This document shows, one piece after another, positions 7,006-15,785 of a DNA stretch of 29,131 bases. The notes beneath the pieces are model-generated. The model did not search any database, had not been told where the DNA came from, and saw only the letters and a list, made by a program, of their open reading frames with translations. The stretch's first letter is position 1, and the number at the start of each line of letters is the position of its first letter. Source of the stretch: an uncultured Pseudomonadota bacterium (lineage in GTDB: Bacteria > BMS3Abin14); the NCBI GenBank assembly GCA_964454175.1, contig CAYVSA010000007.1, forward strand, positions 1-29,131, in the 5' to 3' direction. Made by a program: the position numbers and the translations under genes.

Positions 7006-8268
7006 TTAAACGTCGGGCGGGTATTCAACCCGCACCCTCTTGATCTGACGGTCGCTGGATATGAGAACTGTAAACTTCAGGCCAGCCGCTACTACGCTTT
7101 CTCCCTGACTGGGCACCTTTCCCATCTCCTCCATTATCAAACCGCCGACGGTCTTTGACGGGATCTTGCTCCCATCAAGTTCCGGCATTACCTTTTGCAG
7201 ATCGTCGATGGGGGTAAGTCCAGAGACTTCAAGGCTGCCAGACGGCAGGCGCCTGATCATAACCGCATCCCTGTCGAACTCGTCCTGAATTTCTCCGACA
7301 AGCTCTTCCAGCATGTCCTCCAGGGTGATGATGCCCTCCGTCCCACCGAATTCATCGACCACAACAGCCATGTGTATCCGCCTCTTCTGAAAATCCCTCA
7401 TGGCCTGTCCCAGTGCGGCGGCCTCGGGCACATAGTATGGTGGATGCAGGTGCTCTGCCAGCTTAAAATGATCCTGATCGTCGGCACTTGAAAGAAGAAG
7501 ATCCTTGACGTGAAAGATCCCCACTATCTGGTCAATGGTTCCCCTGTACACAGGGAGCCTGCTGTGGCCGCTGTTCCTGACCAGATCGACTATCCCCTCC
7601 TCCTCTTCACCAAGGTCCAGACCAACCACCTCGGTCCGGGGCACCATGACATCTTTAATACTTCTTTTCTCGAAGGAAAAAACTCTGTTGATAAGAGCAG
7701 CCGGGTGTTTTTCAATGCCGCCATCCCTTGCGCTCGAAGCCACGAGAAGTTCAATTTCTTCGGCCTTGACGGGCGTGAACTCGAGGTCCGGATCGCCGCC
7801 TGTCGCCCCGATAAGACTTCTGGTCATCCAGACAAAGAATCTGGTAACCGGCCATGTAATGAAGTAGAACACGGCCAGCGTGTACGCAGCGATGTGGATA
7901 AAGTTCTCTGCATATCGCCTGGCCATCACCTTGGGGGTGATCTCTCCAAAAACAAGGATAATGAGAGTGGTGGCTCCAACGGCTATCGGGATCGCCCTGC
8001 CAGGGAAAATGGTTCCGGCAATATCCGTGGCCAGGGCCGAGGCCCCGATATTGCCAAGGTTGTTTCCGATCAGGATCGAGGTGAGCAGGGCGCTCGGGTT
8101 TTGCAGCCAGATGCGGGTGGCGTTTAATCTGCTGCCCCCATCTCCCAGGATAGTTTCCAGCTTTGCCCTGGACAGGCTTACGTAGGCTGTTTCTGATGCT
8201 GAAAAACACCCGGAAAAAAGCACGCACACAAACAGCGTGATCCACTCCCAGGTCGGGACGGCTGCCAT
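7006..8268 (-). CDS. HlyC/CorC (CNNM/DUF21 + 2 CBS + CorC_HlyC) family membrane protein
   Basis: SG.FSASETA, ILIGNN, FGEITPK, VMVPR, GHSRLPVY, VVDEFGGTEGIITLED.LEELVGEI.DE.D. Confidence 0.93.
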   Translation of the reverse strand: MAAVPTWEWITLFVCVLFSGCFSASETAYVSLSRAKLETILGDGGSRLNATRIWLQNPSALLTSILIGNNLGNIGASALATDIAGTIFPGRAIPIAVGATTLIILVFGEITPKVMARRYAENFIHIAAYTLAVFYFITWPVTRFFVWMTRSLIGATGGDPDLEFTPVKAEEIELLVASSARDGGIEKHPAALINRVFSFEKRSIKDVMVPRTEVVGLDLGEEEEGIVDLVRNSGHSRLPVYRGTIDQIVGIFHVKDLLLSSADDQDHFKLAEHLHPPYYVPEAAALGQAMRDFQKRRIHMAVVVDEFGGTEGIITLEDMLEELVGEIQDEFDRDAVMIRRLPSGSLEVSGLTPIDDLQKVMPELDGSKIPSKTVGGLIMEEMGKVPSQGESVVAAGLKFTVLISSDRQIKRVRVEYPPDV

Positions 8269-8280
8269 CAAGGGCTCCTG

Positions 8281-9048
8281 TCAGAGACCTTCAGTGAATT
8301 CATCCGGTTCAATATAAGGTTCGTACGGCTCCTCCTGTGACCGGCAGAAGTGAACAACTTCGTTGACCACTTCCTCCGGGTCGTCGGTCATGACAAGCAG
8401 ATCCAGTTCGTCCTGGGCCAGATACCCTCGATCCACCATATTGTCCAGCATCCAGTGATACAGCCCTGCCCAGTAGGTACTGTCAAAAAGAATGACAGGA
8501 AACTTGTGAATTTTACCCGTTTGCTTCAGGGTCAGGGATTCGAACAGCTCATCCATGGTGCCGAACCCGCCAGGCATGATAACGAAGGCCTTGGCGTATT
8601 TGACGAACATCACCTTTCGAATGAAAAAGTAGTGGAAATTCAGGAGCGTTTTCACATATTTGTTGGCCTTTTGCTCCCTTGGAAGAGTGATGTTAAGCCC
8701 TACGGAGATGCCGTCGGCCTCCGAAGCGCCCCTGTTGGCGGCCTCCATGACACCGGGCCCGCCGCCGGTTATGACCGCGTAGCCTTCCTCCGCAAAGCGG
8801 CGGCCAATATAACGTGCAGCCTTGTAGACAGGATCTCTGGTCTTCGTCCTGGAGGACCCGAATATAGACACCGCGTCGGGCATCTTCCACATCAGTTCCA
8901 TTCCTGTCACCATTTCAGCCATGATCCTGAATACTCGCCTGTTGTCCATCTGAGACCTGGAGAGCCGATCCAGCGCAGGCCTGATCTCCCGGGTTAGTAC
9001 TTCATCCAGCAACGCTCTTATGATCCTGCCAGTACCATCGTCAGCCAA
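8281..9048 (-). CDS. LOG-family (TIGR00730-like, type II) nucleotide phosphoribohydrolase with N-terminal extension
   Basis: VSIFGSSR, ITGGGPGVMEAANRGA, HYFFIRKVMFVKY, PGGFGTMDE. TTG start with AAAGGAG RBS. Confidence 0.92.
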   Translation of the reverse strand: MADDGTGRIIRALLDEVLTREIRPALDRLSRSQMDNRRVFRIMAEMVTGMELMWKMPDAVSIFGSSRTKTRDPVYKAARYIGRRFAEEGYAVITGGGPGVMEAANRGASEADGISVGLNITLPREQKANKYVKTLLNFHYFFIRKVMFVKYAKAFVIMPGGFGTMDELFESLTLKQTGKIHKFPVILFDSTYWAGLYHWMLDNMVDRGYLAQDELDLLVMTDDPEEVVNEVVHFCRSQEEPYEPYIEPDEFTEGL

Positions 9049-9172
9049 TGCATCTCCTTTCGCCCCGTGTTTAACCGGAATCGCAAGAGAAGTTTACAGT
9101 TGATGTCTCGTGCGGTCAATTAACAGTTCGAGATCAAATATCTCACCTGCCTGCTGTGTTTTTAATTGAATA

Positions 9173-9200
9173 TTTACTTTATGCCTATTTGTGCTAGATT
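9173..9200 (+). promoter_or_regulatory. Putative promoter of the heme operon
   Basis: TTTACT, 16 nt, TAGATT, preceded by TG (extended -10). Confidence 0.4.
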
Positions 9201-9292
9201 TAGATTCTGTGAGGGGCCTTAACAGCGGCCCCTTTGAAATGCCGCCAAACAGCAGCACTGCAGCCTTATCCGGCACCTGAGGGGGTAATAAC

Positions 9293-10402
9293 TTGTCCGC
9301 TACGAAACAAAAGGGCCTGTTCGAGCCTAAATGGATCGCCTGGGAGATCACCGGGCGCTGCAACCTGAACTGTATTCACTGCAGATCAGCGTCTACCATG
9401 GGCTCGGACCAGGGCGATTTCTCCCTTGAAGAGTCAAAAGCCCTTATAGACGATATCACTTCTTTTGCCAAACCGGTAGTTGTCCTGTCCGGCGGTGAGC
9501 CTCTTTTACGTGAGGACGTCTTCGAGATCGCCGCTTACGGTACAGCCAAAGGCCTCAGGATGGCGCTGGCCACTAATGGGAGCCTGATAAACGATGAAAT
9601 ATGCAAACAAATAAAAGATTCCGGGATCAGGATCGTTTCACTGAGCCTCGACGGCTCTACTGCCGAGATACACGATGATTTCCGCAAGCAGCCTGGCGCC
9701 TTTGTTTCTACTCTGAAAGCCGCCAAAACCCTGAAAAGTCATGGCATTGAGTTTCTGATCAACTCTTCCTTTACCAAACGCAACCAGGCGGACATACCTG
9801 ATGTATATAATCTCGCCAGGAAAATTGGTGCTGTTGCCTGGTACATGTTCATGATAGTGCCCATGGGACGCGGTGAAGATCTCATGTCCGAGCTCATATC
9901 GAAGGAAGATTACGAGGAGATACTCAAGTGGCATTTCGACATGGAGCTTAAAGAAAAGGATATGCTCGTCAGACCCACCTGTGCCCCGCATTACTACCGG
10001 ATCATTCAGCAGGAGGCAAAGGCAAAGGGCCTTGATTTCGAACGGCGAAACCTGAAATTCGGGACCGGGGGGGCAAAGGGCTGTATCGCCGCCCAGTCCA
10101 TAGCATTTATCGGCAACAGGGGAGACGTGCAGCCCTGCAGCTATTTTCCTAAGAGTGCGGGCAACGTTCGCGACAAGAGCTTCAGGGAGATCTGGGAGGA
10201 TTCGCCTCTTTTCCAGGACATCCGATCCTTTAAGGACTACAAGGGCCGATGCGGTTCCTGCGAGTACCTGAGCGTCTGTGGCGGCTGCAGGGCAAGGGCC
10301 GATGCGATCCTGGAAGACTACATGGAAGAAGAACCTTTCTGTACACACGTACCCAGAAAAATTATGCGCGAGATGGAAAAGGAGCGTGCCGGCAATGAGT
10401 AA
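9293..10402 (+). CDS. Radical SAM/SPASM protein, AhbD (heme b synthase / coproheme decarboxylase)-like
   Basis: [36 protein letters not shown] cysteines [29 protein letters not shown]. First gene of the hem operon. Confidence 0.8.
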   Translation: MSATKQKGLFEPKWIAWEITGRCNLNCIHCRSASTMGSDQGDFSLEESKALIDDITSFAKPVVVLSGGEPLLREDVFEIAAYGTAKGLRMALATNGSLINDEICKQIKDSGIRIVSLSLDGSTAEIHDDFRKQPGAFVSTLKAAKTLKSHGIEFLINSSFTKRNQADIPDVYNLARKIGAVAWYMFMIVPMGRGEDLMSELISKEDYEEILKWHFDMELKEKDMLVRPTCAPHYYRIIQQEAKAKGLDFERRNLKFGTGGAKGCIAAQSIAFIGNRGDVQPCSYFPKSAGNVRDKSFREIWEDSPLFQDIRSFKDYKGRCGSCEYLSVCGGCRARADAILEDYMEEEPFCTHVPRKIMREMEKERAGNE

Positions 10403-11420
10403 CAATACCTTTATAGATGCCTGCTACAGGCGGCCAACACAACACATCCCTGTCTGGATCATGAGGCAGGCAGGAAGATACATGCCCCAATACCAGCAGG
10501 TACGCGGAAAGGTAGATTTTCTGACTCTCTGCAAGACGCCTGAACTTGCTACCAAAGTGACTTTGCTGCCTGTTGATCTGATCGGGGTTGACGCGGCGAT
10601 CCTTTTTTCCGATATCCTCATTCCCCTGGAACCGATGGGAATACCTGTTGCATTTGAAGACAAGGTAGGCCCGGTACTTGGGGCTGTCAGAGACGACTCC
10701 TCCATCGGGGCCCTGAGGGCCATAGAACCTGAAGAGGATGTGCCTTTTGTCCTGGATGCTGTGCGCATGATAAGGAGCGAGCTTTCAGGCCGTGTGCCAC
10801 TCATCGGGTTTTCGGGTGCCCCCTTCACACTGGCCACCTATGCCGTCGAGGGAGGAACGACCAAGAGCTTTCACAACATCAAGGGCATGATGTATGCCCG
10901 GCCCGAACTGCTTAAGAGTTTCCTGGACCTCCTCGCAGACGTAGTCATATCCTACCTCAACGCCCAGATAGAGGCAGGCGCCCAGGCAGTGCAGATCTTC
11001 GACACCTGGGGCGGCATACTGGCCGACCCGGAGTACATTACTTTCGCACTGGAACCTGTCAGAAAAGTCATTTCCGGCCTTAGCAGGGAAGGCGTACCCG
11101 TTATCTACTATCTGAATAACGGCTCTTATCTGTCTCATCACCTTGCGGATCTGGATGTTGACGTTGTCGGTATCGACTGGCGTCAGGATATAGGGGCAAC
11201 ACGCAGAGCCCTTGGTGCCAGCAAAGCTGTCCAGGGCAACCTTGACCCGACTGTGCTATTCGCTCCCGGGGAAGTGATCACCAGTAGAGCCTATCGCCTT
11301 CTCGAGGACGCGGGCCCGGAGCCGGGACATATTTTCAATCTGGGACACGGGATATTGCCCCAGACACCCATGGAGAATGCCATTGCCCTGGTTGAGGCGG
11401 TCCACTCCTACAAACGCTGA
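10395..11420 (+). CDS. hemE: Uroporphyrinogen decarboxylase
   Basis: [60 protein letters not shown]. The ATG at 10395 overlaps the upstream stop. Confidence 0.97.
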   Translation: MSNNTFIDACYRRPTQHIPVWIMRQAGRYMPQYQQVRGKVDFLTLCKTPELATKVTLLPVDLIGVDAAILFSDILIPLEPMGIPVAFEDKVGPVLGAVRDDSSIGALRAIEPEEDVPFVLDAVRMIRSELSGRVPLIGFSGAPFTLATYAVEGGTTKSFHNIKGMMYARPELLKSFLDLLADVVISYLNAQIEAGAQAVQIFDTWGGILADPEYITFALEPVRKVISGLSREGVPVIYYLNNGSYLSHHLADLDVDVVGIDWRQDIGATRRALGASKAVQGNLDPTVLFAPGEVITSRAYRLLEDAGPEPGHIFNLGHGILPQTPMENAIALVEAVHSYKR

Positions 11421-11428
11421 CCTGGGCT

Positions 11429-12403
11429 ATGGGATCGAGCAACGATACAACGGCCGTTCTGCTCCTGAACATGGGCGGGCCGGACTCTGTTCCTGCCATC
11501 AAACCCTTTCTCGACAACCTTTTTTCTGATCCTGCCATATTTCCCCTGCCTGCGCTGTTGCGGCGTCCTTTAGCGGCCGCGATCTCAACCCTGCGGTCCC
11601 GTAAGGTCAGTGAAAGATATGAACTGATCGGCGGCGGCAGCCCTATTAACAGAATAACCGGTCAGCAGGCCGATGCCCTCGCCACTGTCCTTTCCGGCCG
11701 GGGCTCAACGGTCTTTGCCAGACCAGCCCTGAGATACTGGCATCCATTCATATCCGAGTCTGCCAACTGGGCTCAGGAAAAAGGAGCTGCCAGGATAATT
11801 GCCCTTTCCCTTTACCCACAGTACAGCGGCGTCACTACCGGCACCTGCATAAAGGAGATCGAGAGGACATTCAGCGGAGGCGGACAGACTGGAGAGCCCG
11901 TGATCATCGACAGGTGGCCGACTCATCCCCTCTACATCAAGGCCCTTGCCGGGACCATTAACGATGCCATCGAAAAGATCCCGTCCGAAGAGCAGGATGA
12001 TGCCATCCTTGTCTTCTCCGCACACGGGGTGCCTCTATCCGTTATCAAGCGAGGGGATCCCTATCTTGATGAAATTACACAAACTGTAGACGGAGTCGTT
12101 CGCTCGGTTGGCGGCCGGCCTCACTGCCTTGCATTTCAGAGCAGGTTGGGTCCGGTCAAATGGCTCGAGCCATACCTGGCCGACACTCTGGCCGACCTCG
12201 CCCCTGCAGGCGCGCCTGTTGTCATCGTCCCCATATCTTTTGTTTCAGATAATATCGAAACACTCTACGACCTTGACATCCAGCACAGGCAGATCGCCCA
12301 TGAGTTGGGTATCACGACCTACGTGAGAGCTGAAGCGCTCAACACCAGGCCGGACTTCATTGAAGCCATGGCTGATATCGTTGCAGCCCATATCGGGGGA
12401 TAA
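11429..12403 (+). CDS. hemH: Ferrochelatase
   Basis: LLLNMGGP, Y..IGGGSP, RYWHP, LYPQYS, FSAHG.P, FQSR.GP..WL.P, FVSD..ETL. Confidence 0.96.
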   Translation: MGSSNDTTAVLLLNMGGPDSVPAIKPFLDNLFSDPAIFPLPALLRRPLAAAISTLRSRKVSERYELIGGGSPINRITGQQADALATVLSGRGSTVFARPALRYWHPFISESANWAQEKGAARIIALSLYPQYSGVTTGTCIKEIERTFSGGGQTGEPVIIDRWPTHPLYIKALAGTINDAIEKIPSEEQDDAILVFSAHGVPLSVIKRGDPYLDEITQTVDGVVRSVGGRPHCLAFQSRLGPVKWLEPYLADTLADLAPAGAPVVIVPISFVSDNIETLYDLDIQHRQIAHELGITTYVRAEALNTRPDFIEAMADIVAAHIGG

Positions 12404-12410
12404 AGAAAAG

Positions 12411-13826
12411 ATGGTTAGTCGATCGATCAGGATCGCTGTTGTGGGTGGCGGAATATCAGGCCTTGCGACCTCATATTACATTCTTAAGGAAGCTGAGGCA
12501 CAAGACAGGTCCGTAGACATTATTGTACTCGAAAAAGAAGCGTGCCCCGGCGGGAAGTTCCTCTCCCGCAGAGAAGCGGGCTATACGGTCGAGGGGGGAC
12601 CTAACGGATTTCTTGACAGCAAACCCTACACCCTTGAACTCTCTGAAGAACTTGGAATAACCTCTTCACTGCTGCCCAGCGACGATGCCGCTCGCAGGCG
12701 GTTTATCTACTCGAGGGGCCGGCTTGTCAGACTCCCGGAGTCTCCCATGGCCTTCCTGAGATCACCTCTTATTTCTACGGCAGGTAAGCTGCGCATGCTT
12801 GGGGAGCTTACTGCAAAGACAACCCCTCCGGGCACCGACACCACACTTGCCGAATTCGGCAGGCGAAGGCTTGGCGCAGAAGCTGTGGACAGGATCCTCG
12901 ACCCCATGGTTTCAGGGGTTTTTGCCGGAGACCCCGAGAGAATGAGCCTGCGGGCAAGCTTTCCGAGGATTGCCGAGCTCGAAGAGCAGTACGGGGGTCT
13001 TGTTAAGGCTATGATCCACCTTGGGAGAGAACGGAAGCGTGCCAAGAAACGGGGTGATGAGCTCGGGGCCACTTCAGGGCCAGCTGGCCCAGGGGGGACC
13101 CTGACGTCCTTTTCAGGCGGGATCAGTGAACTGACCAATGCCCTGGCGGATCTTCTTGGCGACAGGTTCAAAGCAGCGTGTGAGACTCATTCTATTGCTG
13201 GAAAGCAGGGTTCCTTCACGATAGAGGCCGGGGATGCAAAATATGAAGCTGATGCCGTTGTGCTGGCTGCGCCCGCCTACGCTTCTTCGGTGATCCTGGA
13301 TAGCCTGGCCCCCGATTCTGCCAGGATACTCTCAAAGATACCCTATTCCCCCATGACTGTGGTCGGCCTTGGATATCCAGCGGAAAAGACAGGAGATATT
13401 CTGGATGGTTTTGGCTTCCTGATACCAGGCATTGAAAATCGAAGGATATTGGGCGCCCTGTGGACTTCCAGCATTTTTCCGGGATTCCGGGCGCCTGAGG
13501 GCAAGGCCCTGATACGAGTAATGGCCGGGGGTGCCCGCGACAGTAAAACACATCTTTTGAGCGAAACTGAACTTCTCAAGCTGATCAGAACAGAACTTGA
13601 GCAGACTATGAGCCTGACTGTCGAACCGGAGTTCACAACCATTTTCAGGTGGCCAAGAGCTATTCCACTTTACACAGTTGACCACCTGATGAGAGTTGAC
13701 GAGGCGGAAAATTCCCTCCCGAAGGGCGTGTTTCTCACAGGGAACGCTTACCGGGGGGTAGGTATCAATGATTGTGTCAGGGAATCTGCCGTGACGGCAA
13801 AAAAGGTGCTAGAGTCAATTGCTTGA
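12411..13826 (+). CDS. hemY: HemY-type FAD-dependent proto/coproporphyrinogen oxidase
   Basis: VVGGGISGL, EGGPNGFL, SGVFAGDP..MS, GFGFLIP, W..AIP.Y, GNAY.GVGINDCV. The ATG at 12411 follows the hemH stop. Confidence 0.93.
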   Translation: MVSRSIRIAVVGGGISGLATSYYILKEAEAQDRSVDIIVLEKEACPGGKFLSRREAGYTVEGGPNGFLDSKPYTLELSEELGITSSLLPSDDAARRRFIYSRGRLVRLPESPMAFLRSPLISTAGKLRMLGELTAKTTPPGTDTTLAEFGRRRLGAEAVDRILDPMVSGVFAGDPERMSLRASFPRIAELEEQYGGLVKAMIHLGRERKRAKKRGDELGATSGPAGPGGTLTSFSGGISELTNALADLLGDRFKAACETHSIAGKQGSFTIEAGDAKYEADAVVLAAPAYASSVILDSLAPDSARILSKIPYSPMTVVGLGYPAEKTGDILDGFGFLIPGIENRRILGALWTSSIFPGFRAPEGKALIRVMAGGARDSKTHLLSETELLKLIRTELEQTMSLTVEPEFTTIFRWPRAIPLYTVDHLMRVDEAENSLPKGVFLTGNAYRGVGINDCVRESAVTAKKVLESIA

Positions 13827-13869
13827 GGATAAAAAGCCACGGATGGACTTTTTGTGACCAATACTACTG
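13825..13869 (-). repeat. MITE-end-like repeat, inverted copy of 14548-14592; also a likely bidirectional terminator
   Basis: AAAAAGCCACGGATGGACTTTTTGTGACC (13831-13859) matches the reverse complement of 14557-14585 at 27/29, with further flanking similarity. It folds as AAAAAG-CCA-cgga-TGG-a-CTTTTT. Confidence 0.85.
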
Positions 13870-14535
13870 GCACGCCACAAAAAAGTTTATGTTCTCCCTG
13901 GCTTTCTCGTCCAGGATCTCGAACTGCATTCCGTGAAGATAGCCATCCTCATTGTCTTTCATGTACACCACCAAAGCAGCAGCAACATATTGTGTATCGT
14001 CACCCGGGAGCACGAAAGCGACTGTCACAAGGTCCTTCATCTGGAGCTGTTCAGGCAGGATCACGCTGAACCCGCCCTCACCTATTTCCACCATCTCCCC
14101 GGTGAGATTATTCTGTCCTGTGCTCACCTCGGTCACTATGGAACACTTCGCCCGTCTGTAGGTACGAGGATAGCTCTCAATAAGGCTCTGCACCCTGTGG
14201 AACAGGAGTCTCGGGTCAATGGGCTTAAGGAGGTAGTCTTCGCATCCGGACTCCAGTAGCCTGTCGATGACATCCATCTGCCCAGGCAGGGCTAAAGCCA
14301 GGACAGGGATGTGCCCCATCCCGCTCCCAAGACCCTTTTTCAGGGCCGCCTCTGCCTCTCCCGGTTCCTTTTCGGGCAGGTCAGCCACCAGCAGATCGAT
14401 ATCGTCATCACTCCACCCGACTTCGCTGGGCGCCTTTACGGACACAACCTCGTAGCCGTATTGTTCAAGGAGTTCTGATACATCCTGCCCGCTGCTTTTA
14501 GTCCCTTTGATGATCAGGATCTTTTTTTTTGACAC
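13864..14535 (-). CDS. Atypical receiver domain fused to a PilZ-like domain
   Basis: REC fold (KILII, GYEV, DLLVAD, IPVLAL, DYLLKP). C-terminal RTYRR (RxxxR), EIGEGG and HGMQF. Confidence 0.8.
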   Translation of the reverse strand: MSKKKILIIKGTKSSGQDVSELLEQYGYEVVSVKAPSEVGWSDDDIDLLVADLPEKEPGEAEAALKKGLGSGMGHIPVLALALPGQMDVIDRLLESGCEDYLLKPIDPRLLFHRVQSLIESYPRTYRRAKCSIVTEVSTGQNNLTGEMVEIGEGGFSVILPEQLQMKDLVTVAFVLPGDDTQYVAAALVVYMKDNEDGYLHGMQFEILDEKARENINFFVACQ

Positions 14536-14547
14536 GTCATCTTACCT

Positions 14548-14690
14548 CAGTAGTAGGGTCGTAAAAAGTCCATCCGTGGCTTTTTGCTCCTCGGAAAGGG
14601 AAAAGTGTCATTTTCTCTTTCCTCTTAAATCAGCAACTCGCATTGCAAGTCCTTGATTTGGGCGCCCTTGATGGGCTGTTGATGACAATT
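14548..14690 (+). mobile_element. Non-coding MITE-like structured element (degenerate)
   Basis: The terminus GGTCGTAAAAAGTCCATCCGTGGCTTTTT recurs at 13831-13859. Internal hairpins GGAAAGGGAAAA/TTTTCTCTTTCC and AAATCA/TGATTT. IHF consensus AATCAAGGACTTG on the minus strand (14646-14658). Confidence 0.6.
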
Positions 14691-14763
14691 CGAAGTCATC
14701 GCCTCCCTGCATGATCTGAAGTGGACAAGGTCCCCTTGAGTAATATATGGCAAGAAAAAATTA

Positions 14764-15166
14764 CAGAGTGGCCCTGTAAGCCGAGTTCTGTATCCACCTT
14801 CGCCAAGGCTATGGTGGATGGTGGCCATTCATCTGGGACCGTCGTTGCCGGCAGCCTCAAGCGGCCTACCCGGGAGCCTCGGACGGGCCGTCCTCGATCG
14901 CTCCTCTATTTGGCCTTGCACCGGATGGGGTTTACCTAGCTGCCTGCGTCTCCGCAGACACTGGTGAGCTCTTACCTCACCCTTTCACCCTTACCCGCCT
15001 TTGCCAGGGCTTCGGCGGGCGGTCTGCTCTCTGTGGCACTGTCCCTGGGGTCGCCCCCGGTCCGCGTTACGGACCATCCTGCCCTGCGGTGCTCGGACTT
15101 TCCTCCCCCTCGACAGGCTCGGGAAAACCCTGACCTGAAAAGGAAGCGGCCACCCGGACCACTCTG
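14764..15166 (-). ncRNA. rnpB: RNase P RNA, type A
   Basis: Minus strand: GAGGAAAGTCCGAGC, AGTGCCACAGA, GGTAAGGGTGAAA, GGTAAGAGC, GGTAAACCCC, GCAAGGCCAAATAG, ACAGAACTCGGCTTA. P1 ends CAGAGTGG/CCACTCTG. Confidence 0.97.
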
Positions 15167-15173
15167 CCTGTTA

Positions 15174-15179
15174 ATTCTA
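15174..15179 (-). promoter_or_regulatory. -10 element of the rnpB promoter
   Basis: TAGAAT 7 nt upstream of the P1 5' strand. The -35 element is weak. Confidence 0.45.
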
Positions 15180-15221
15180 ACGCAGATTAAGATCAGTTAA
15201 AAGTTGAACCTTGAACACGGA

Positions 15222-15785
15222 TCACAGCACGACAGTGCCCTTGGCATCCACCGCCCTGTTCGCCATCTGGTCCGCTTCCCGGTTCTCCTCCCTGGGAATG
15301 TGTTCAAAGGTTACTGACTCAAGGCGCGTCACTGCTTTTGTTGCTTTTGCAAAGAGACTCTTCAGCTTTTCGTTTTTAACACGGTATTCGCCTGTCATCT
15401 GCCTCACCATAAGTTCACTGTCGGAACGAACACCTACACTTTTCAAACCGTGGCCCTCCACCATGGTAAGGCCCATGATCAGGGCACTGTACTCAGCCAC
15501 GTTATTGGTCGCAACCCCAAGGAACTCGCCTCTGCCCACAGCATCTTTTCCCGGTACAACGAGATACGCGCCGGCGCCCGCAGGACCCGGGTTACCCCTG
15601 GCGGCTCCATCGACCCATAAAACTGCAGGTCCCTGGCCCTCAGGTGCGGTCTTTTGTGAAGCTGTCTCGAGGATAGAGGAAAGGTTATCACGGGTCAGGC
15701 CTGGAAAATGCTCCAGCGTTTTTTTAACTGAAAGGGATCGGGCAAGAAAACTTAATACCAGCGGGGTGTTATGTTTCGTCGACAT
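15222..15785 (-). CDS. rnhA: Ribonuclease HI (archaeal/actinobacterial-like subtype) with ~50-aa N-terminal extension
   Basis: VDGAARGNPGPAGAG, TNNVAEY, SDSELMVRQM.G.Y.VK, HIPRE.N..AD..AN. Confidence 0.9.
   Translation of the reverse strand: MSTKHNTPLVLSFLARSLSVKKTLEHFPGLTRDNLSSILETASQKTAPEGQGPAVLWVDGAARGNPGPAGAGAYLVVPGKDAVGRGEFLGVATNNVAEYSALIMGLTMVEGHGLKSVGVRSDSELMVRQMTGEYRVKNEKLKSLFAKATKAVTRLESVTFEHIPREENREADQMANRAVDAKGTVVL

Noticed and set aside
10278..10394. N-terminal extensions in the ORF track for hemE, hemY, hisIE, nif3, the zinc-ribbon protein and gpgS
   Set aside because: They overlap upstream genes or terminators. Downstream starts with an RBS or translational coupling fit the family N-termini better.
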